Shown piece after piece: positions 27,458 to 32,000 of a DNA stretch of 32,000 bases (position 1 is its first letter; every line of letters starts with the position of its first letter). The translations under genes and the position numbers were made by a program. This DNA comes from Acaryochloris marina S15 (GTDB lineage Bacteria > Cyanobacteriota > Cyanobacteriia > Thermosynechococcales > Thermosynechococcaceae): contig NZ_CP064924.1 in NCBI RefSeq assembly GCF_018336915.1, forward strand, positions 1-32,000. The letters run 5' to 3'. The notes below the pieces were generated by a model that saw only the letters and a program-made list of their open reading frames with translations, searched no databases and was not told the DNA's origin.

Positions 27458-28787
27458 CAGGGTAAGCGCAAGAAAATCAAGCCTCTGAAAGGCTAGACTG
27501 TAAAGGAAGAGAAGCGCCTAGAACTTTGAGCATATACGCTTCATCCATGCTCGCCCGTTTTAGTTTTTGACGGGTACTTTTCTTAAAGGACGTTTCTTGA
27601 TTGAGAAGGTTGATGCTCCAGCGTCTCAGGATGGCCATGTTTTCCGGCGCATGTCCTGTGCGAATGCGGCTAGCATCTTCGCCAAAGGTCACGTCTAAGA
27701 CCCAGTGGAGTTGGTTCTCAATCGACCAATGCTGGCGGATGGCTTTGCCCAACTGCTGAGCATTTGGCGGTAGAGAACTGATATAAAACATCACCTCATA
27801 GGTGGTTTTGTTCCACAGATGTCGGGTCCGAGCGACCTTGACGATGGTTTGCAAGCCCTTCCACTGCGCCTGCTTGTACAGAGGACCCATCTGTTGAAGG
27901 GACACGGCCCAAACTTGTCGTTTCTCGCGACGATGGTGCCCTGCTTCCACCCGGGCATCATAGCTGTGCTCAATGCACTTAAACTCATTCGCTTCAGCCG
28001 TTTCAAACCATTGCTCAACCTGCTCAAACAGCGTGGGATGATTCTCCTTGAGGGCCAGCACATAGTCAGCCTCTTTAGCTTGAATGTGGCGGGCAATCTC
28101 GTGCTGAGTTCCCATTGCATCAATGGTAATAATGCACCCGGCAATGTCTAATAGCTCTAGCAGTGCTGGAATAGCGGTAATTTCGTTACTCTTGTCTGCA
28201 ACTTTGACCTGTCCTAGAAATAACCGATACTCACTGGCCCAAGCACTGACCAGATGCAATGCGGATTGGTCTTGATTGCGATCATAGGAACCTCTGAGTT
28301 GTTTGCCGTCAATCGGTATCACTTGAGCGCCGAGGGTTGTCACTACCTGATCCAACCAGTGATTGAAACTCCGCTCAAAAGCGGTGGGGCAAATACGCTC
28401 AAACACTCGTCGATAGGTGTCTGCTGTCGGTATCCCGGACGGTAGCCTCAGAAAACTCGACAACCAATCTTGATGGCTTAGACCATAGGTTTCAATGTCT
28501 TCCCACCCTTGTGCGCCACCTAAACTTGCCAATAGTCCAATCACGACGATGCTGACAAACGGATGCTGGACACCTTGGCCTCCACGTGGATCAGGCAAAT
28601 CTTCAAAACACTCGGACAATTGTTGATAAGCCTGATCGCAATCACTGGCAGGCAGGAGTGACGAGGATGAGTCAGTGGAAGCTGGTGAGGAAGGAGGCTT
28701 GCTGAATCCTGTAGCCATGGGGAAACCCTTTTAACAGAATGGAGTTCCATAGCATATTACAGCTTCATTTTTCTTGCGCTGCCCCTG
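27458..28787 (-). mobile_element. ISAs1-family insertion sequence (1330 bp)
   Basis: The inverted ends are CAGGGTAAGCGCAAGAAAA.. and ..TTTTTCTTGCGCTGCCCCTG. A 10-bp target duplication CATACGGATG lies at 27448-27457 and 28788-28797. Confidence 0.9.
27477..28718 (-). CDS. ISAs1-family (H-repeat-associated type) transposase, 413 aa
   Basis: The ORF is intact. It contains ..LPDPRGGQGVQHPFVSIVVIGLLASLGGAQGWEDIETYG..IDGKQLRGS..ITIDAMGTQHEIA..HWSIENQLHWVLDVTFGED. Confidence 0.88.
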   Translation of the reverse strand: MATGFSKPPSSPASTDSSSSLLPASDCDQAYQQLSECFEDLPDPRGGQGVQHPFVSIVVIGLLASLGGAQGWEDIETYGLSHQDWLSSFLRLPSGIPTADTYRRVFERICPTAFERSFNHWLDQVVTTLGAQVIPIDGKQLRGSYDRNQDQSALHLVSAWASEYRLFLGQVKVADKSNEITAIPALLELLDIAGCIITIDAMGTQHEIARHIQAKEADYVLALKENHPTLFEQVEQWFETAEANEFKCIEHSYDARVEAGHHRREKRQVWAVSLQQMGPLYKQAQWKGLQTIVKVARTRHLWNKTTYEVMFYISSLPPNAQQLGKAIRQHWSIENQLHWVLDVTFGEDASRIRTGHAPENMAILRRWSINLLNQETSFKKSTRQKLKRASMDEAYMLKVLGASLPLQSSLSEA

Positions 28788-29968
28788 CATACGGATGCCC
28801 AGTCAGATCAGCTCAACCAATCCATTCAAGCTAGGGCTTTCACAACAGGCCAGGATGTTTTCTTTCGTAAGGGGGAGTATCAGCCAGGGAGAACAAATGG
28901 GCAACAGTTGATTGCCCATGAGTTGACCCATGTTTTGCAGCAGAATGCAGGGGAAGTGCGGAAAGCACAAATTCCAGGTATACAAAACCAATTAAATGAT
29001 GAATCTCCCACGAAACAAGCTAGTAATTACATCGTTGGAGATGGAGAAACTCAGGAACCTTGGCAAATATGCAAGAGCAAGTTTCTAGATGGTTTAAAAA
29101 GTGCTGTCGTCAAGGTAGCAGAAGAAGTTTTAGCGGAAATTGGCCAATCAACTAATGACTGCCCCTATATTGCTTATTGGTTTGATTACTATGCAAGTGC
29201 GGAAGCGAAGCATATTGAGAAGGCAATCAGGCGCTATGCTCCAGAAACGAATGACGCTCAAAACAGTGATGAGTTGATCCGTCTATTAGCTAATAGAGTA
29301 CGGCAGGGATTTAAGAATCATGTGTCGAATGGTTCACTAGAAGGAGTTCCAGCAGAAATACCTAAAAACTTGCCCAACACCAAGCCTGTAGTTGACGAAA
29401 CTCCAGGTGAAAATCAGATTCAAGCATGCTTTAAAGGTAGAGGCTCAAGAAGAGATCACCAAGTAACATCTCAGGGTAGCGCACCAGCAGTAACATCTAA
29501 GGTTGGGACGCCGATCTCAAATCTATGGAATATGACTGAGGATAAATATGTGAACCTCCCAGCACTAGGCCCTGAAGAGGTTGTCTTAAAAGAAGGGGCA
29601 GTGGGGTCTTCATTAGAGAATAAAGTGATAGGTGTCTCAATCCTCTCAACTTGTGCTGCGGTGTTTTTTGTAGACCAGATCCCTAATCCAAGCCAAATTA
29701 CGCTTTATCATGCCACAGGTAGCATTATCCATAAGCATGAAGTCAAGAAGTACGATTTGGGTGGTCCCATCATCATGATTAGCAGTAGTTTGGCCAGTGG
29801 GAAGGCGACACTGGAAGAATTACGTGGCTATTTCACCAAAGCGGGGATTTCTGGCGATAAAGTAAAAGTTTTTAAAGCATTGGCTTCTGGATATGCTTTT
29901 GCACCCAACGGAAATGTGGGATCAACAGAGGGTGGAGTAGGTAATATGGCTGCAGAATGGAGGAAACC

Positions 29969-30496
29969 ATGACAGCCCGCAGAACCATCCTCTCTCTCCT
30001 CCTTCCCCCTCTCCTTCTAGGATGCAGCCCACCCCCCAGCACCACGACAAATGCTATTGCTCCAGCGAATACCACTCCCGCCACAATTCTCAGAACGGGT
30101 GACGGTGATACTCTCAAGGTGCGATCTCAAAATGGCACATCAAGTAAAGTCCGTGTTGGCTGTATCGATGCACCAGAGTCTAACCAGGAGTATGGCCCTG
30201 AAGCTGCTCAAAGACTCAAGTCACTATTACCCAGTGGAATAACTATCGAGCTTCGGGAAATTACCACGGATCAATATGGGCGCACTGTAGCCGAGATCTA
30301 CTCGGAGGGGAAATCGGTTGGCTTACAGATGGTGAGGGAAGGCTATGCCGTAGTGTACCACCGATATTTGGATGGCTGTTCAGCGACTGCGGATCAGTAT
30401 GTTGCTGCTGAGGAGGAGGCACGATCCCAGAAGCTCAATTTTTGGAACCAGAGTAACCCAGAGATGCCGTGGGATTTCAGGCGGGGAAAGCGTTGA
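29969..30496 (+). CDS. thermonuclease (staphylococcal nuclease, SNase-like) lipoprotein
   Basis: The lipobox signal is MTARRTILSLLLPPLLLGC. SNase motifs are GDGDTLKV, VRVGCIDAPES and QYGRTVAEIY. The ATG at 29969 overlaps the upstream TGA as ATGA. The track ORF starts 12 nt earlier, at 29957. Confidence 0.85.
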   Translation: MTARRTILSLLLPPLLLGCSPPPSTTTNAIAPANTTPATILRTGDGDTLKVRSQNGTSSKVRVGCIDAPESNQEYGPEAAQRLKSLLPSGITIELREITTDQYGRTVAEIYSEGKSVGLQMVREGYAVVYHRYLDGCSATADQYVAAEEEARSQKLNFWNQSNPEMPWDFRRGKR

Positions 30497-30498
30497 AT

Positions 30499-30534
30499 AA
30501 AGGAATGACCAGAGTCAGCTCTGGTCATTCCTTT
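30499..30534. terminator. bidirectional hairpin between convergent genes
   Basis: AAAGGAATGACCAGAG and CTCTGGTCATTCCTTT form a 16-bp perfect stem with a 4-nt loop. A T6 run lies at 30541-30546 on the plus strand. The hairpin overlaps the last codons of the minus-strand lipoprotein gene. Confidence 0.65.
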
Positions 30535-30905
30535 AAGAGATTTTTTCGCTCTTCGATCGTGAATTTTGTTTCCCATTGGCTTCCTTTGCGTTTGGAAGTT
30601 GATAGCCCATGAATTTCCACAAAGTCTTTATTGATCCGATCTAGCCTTTTCATTTCCTCAAGAAAGACAGGATCTTTAATATCATCTGTATTGAATCGCA
30701 ATACCGCCCTGTATCTCGACTGGATTATTGGTTCGGTTTTACTTCCAAGATTTTCCGTGGATTCAATTTCAAAGTCTGAAACGAGGGAATAAACTTGTTC
30801 GCCCAGGTCTTGCTTTAATTCTTGATGGGTTGGCCCGATTTGCTGGTTACAGCCAGCCAGGGCAATCAGCAAAGAGATCGCAGGAAAACCGACCAATCTT
30901 CTCAT
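30525..30905 (-). CDS. 126-aa lipoprotein of unknown function
   Basis: The lipobox signal is MRRLVGFPAISLLIALAGC. The ORF is intact. Confidence 0.65.
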   Translation of the reverse strand: MRRLVGFPAISLLIALAGCNQQIGPTHQELKQDLGEQVYSLVSDFEIESTENLGSKTEPIIQSRYRAVLRFNTDDIKDPVFLEEMKRLDRINKDFVEIHGLSTSKRKGSQWETKFTIEERKNLLKE

Positions 30906-31245
30906 AAGCCTTCAAGCTAGCGGATGAGATGATCCTAGATCAAGAGTTAGTGCATTCTGAATAAATTAAAGAAAATCCTAAATATCAGAAAACAACAGTA
31001 AATATGTACTTCCACAAAAAAAACTAATCATTTTTCTTGTGGAAATTACCAAAATTTTCCTCCCCAGCCCTTTCACTTCTTAAAACTCTGGGTAAGTTTC
31101 CAATATACGTCGAGAATTCATATCGGCAGATCTTCTCAAGATGAGCTTGGGAAGCATTTTCCATTATTCATTTTGCCAAGTTGATCTACATATATTTTTA
31201 ATCCCATGTCAAAACCTCACAAACTTCCAATCTTCATGATCTCAA

Positions 31246-32000
31246 ATGCAACAGCAAGATAATCTTGCCGAATTGTTTGCCGCTGAGTTCCTGTCGGGTA
31301 AGTCCTATGCGTCCATCGTAGAAGCCCGATCCCAGGCAGCTCAGTTGCTGAACCAATCCGTGCGCCCTGGCAGTCCCCTTGCAAAATTGGTGGATGAGTC
31401 CATTGAGGCCGGGTTAGTTCGGGCTGCGCGGAGCATCATTGGGCAATCCCTTACCCCGATCCAAACTTATGCGGATCTGGTGGATCTGTACAATCGCCAG
31501 CCCAGGTTAAGCGTCCGATCCTCCACCAGTGTTCGCCAGCAAGCCTATTCCACTCCTCTCCCCATTGCATATCTGGCGGCCAACCTTGCAGGGGTTACGG
31601 CTAAGTCCACGGTGTATGAACCGAGTGCCGGCCACGGAGCATTGGTCCTCAATGCCACCCCCGAAAACTGCACCATCAACGAACTGAACCCAGACCGAGC
31701 AGGGGATTTAAGACGGCAGGGCTTCAGCGTTACTGAGCAGGATGCTTCGGCTTTCCTCCCAGACCAGCTGCACGATGTCGTCATCGCTAATCCTCCGTTT
31801 GGCCGAACCAAGGGAGAGAACGGAAGGACAAAACGGTTCCAACTCCCCGGCAATCCAAGGGGCACGAGCCAGATCGACCATGCGATCGCAATGCAAGCAC
31901 TTAAGGCCATGAAGCCCGATGGCCGTGCCGTCCTAATCCTCGGCGGCAAGCCCGAAACTGATCCAGGGGAACGGGCCGAAGCGTACAACACTTTAGAGAG
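31246..32000 (+). CDS. N6-adenine DNA methyltransferase domain, 5' part of a larger gene (3' end beyond the window)
   Basis: My own translation from the ATG at 31246 stays open to the window end. It reads MQQQDNLAELFAAEF.. with motif I (YEPSAGHGALV) and motif IV (VVIANPPFG). The N-terminal layout resembles the methylase modules of large methylase-helicase proteins on conjugative plasmids. Confidence 0.75.
   Translation, partial: MQQQDNLAELFAAEFLSGKSYASIVEARSQAAQLLNQSVRPGSPLAKLVDESIEAGLVRAARSIIGQSLTPIQTYADLVDLYNRQPRLSVRSSTSVRQQAYSTPLPIAYLAANLAGVTAKSTVYEPSAGHGALVLNATPENCTINELNPDRAGDLRRQGFSVTEQDASAFLPDQLHDVVIANPPFGRTKGENGRTKRFQLPGNPRGTSQIDHAIAMQALKAMKPDGRAVLILGGKPETDPGERAEAYNTLE

Larger units (their letters stand above)
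26902..29972 (+). pseudogene. DUF4157-type HExxH (zincin-like) protein with an unknown C-terminal domain, interrupted by ISAs1
   Basis: A GTG start at 26902 lies behind GGGAG (MRTYDSRKKKSSS..IQAKS..). The upstream part ends ..GSGQPLDAGLQLSIGQLMRADLSGVRVHTDA. After the IS it continues in frame as QSDQLNQSIQARAFTTGQDVFFRKGEYQPGRTNGQQLIAHELTHVLQQ, which is the DUF4157 signature. Confidence 0.85.

Noticed and set aside
27791-28151. Overlapping ORFs of 117 aa (minus) and 110 aa (plus) inside the ISAs1 element
   Set aside because: They are alternative-frame or antisense shadows of the intact 413-aa transposase.
31545-31991. The 148-aa and 62-aa minus-strand ORFs
   Set aside because: They are antisense to the methyltransferase reading frame, which has clear catalytic motifs. 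The antisense sequence is Pro/Ser/Arg-rich and typical of shadow ORFs.

Overview
This window is a mosaic accessory region packed with insertion sequences, plasmid- or island-like, probably from a cyanobacterium. The taxon call is inference, based on HIP1-type GCGATCGC sites, pentapeptide-repeat genes and the IS types present. All family calls come from reading motifs by eye; no database search was possible.

- **1-5.7 kb:** three consecutive decayed housekeeping-type genes (an MscS channel, a PacL-like P-type ATPase and a sigma-70 factor), each broken by several frameshifts.
- **6.1-11.0 kb:** an IS1-family element, a 147-aa pentapeptide-repeat gene, and an IS630-family element split by a second 1.75-kb IS with an 8-9 bp target duplication.
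- **11.2-14.3 kb:** a visibly AT-rich patch. It holds a decayed integrase 5' remnant, a 287-bp MITE (perfect 36-bp terminal inverted repeats, CCTAT duplication), two more small elements bounded by inverted repeats, and an orphan 491-aa HExxH protein.
- **14.1-22.9 kb, the main interest:** two directly repeated tyrosine-recombinase genes bracket a tightly coupled four-gene minus-strand cassette.
  - The first gene encodes a small helical protein whose C-terminal Q/N/G-rich motif is repeated at the N-terminus of the next protein.
  - The second encodes a 370-aa protein with no Walker A motif.
  - The third encodes a MoxR/CoxD-like AAA+ ATPase.
  - The fourth encodes a 1013-aa membrane protein with a CoxE-like N-terminus, a vWA-like core lacking MIDAS residues, and about 39 near-identical pentapeptide repeats.
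  - I read this cassette as a candidate undescribed signalling or conflict system.
- **23-32 kb:** a truncated IS256 transposase gene abutted by an IS4-like element; a secreted 21-aa-repeat protein; a Cys-rich zinc-ribbon-like protein; a DUF4157-type HExxH gene split by an ISAs1 element and ATGA-coupled to a thermonuclease-like lipoprotein; another lipoprotein; and the 5' part of a plasmid-type N6 DNA methyltransferase.

I saw no rRNA, tRNA or CRISPR.
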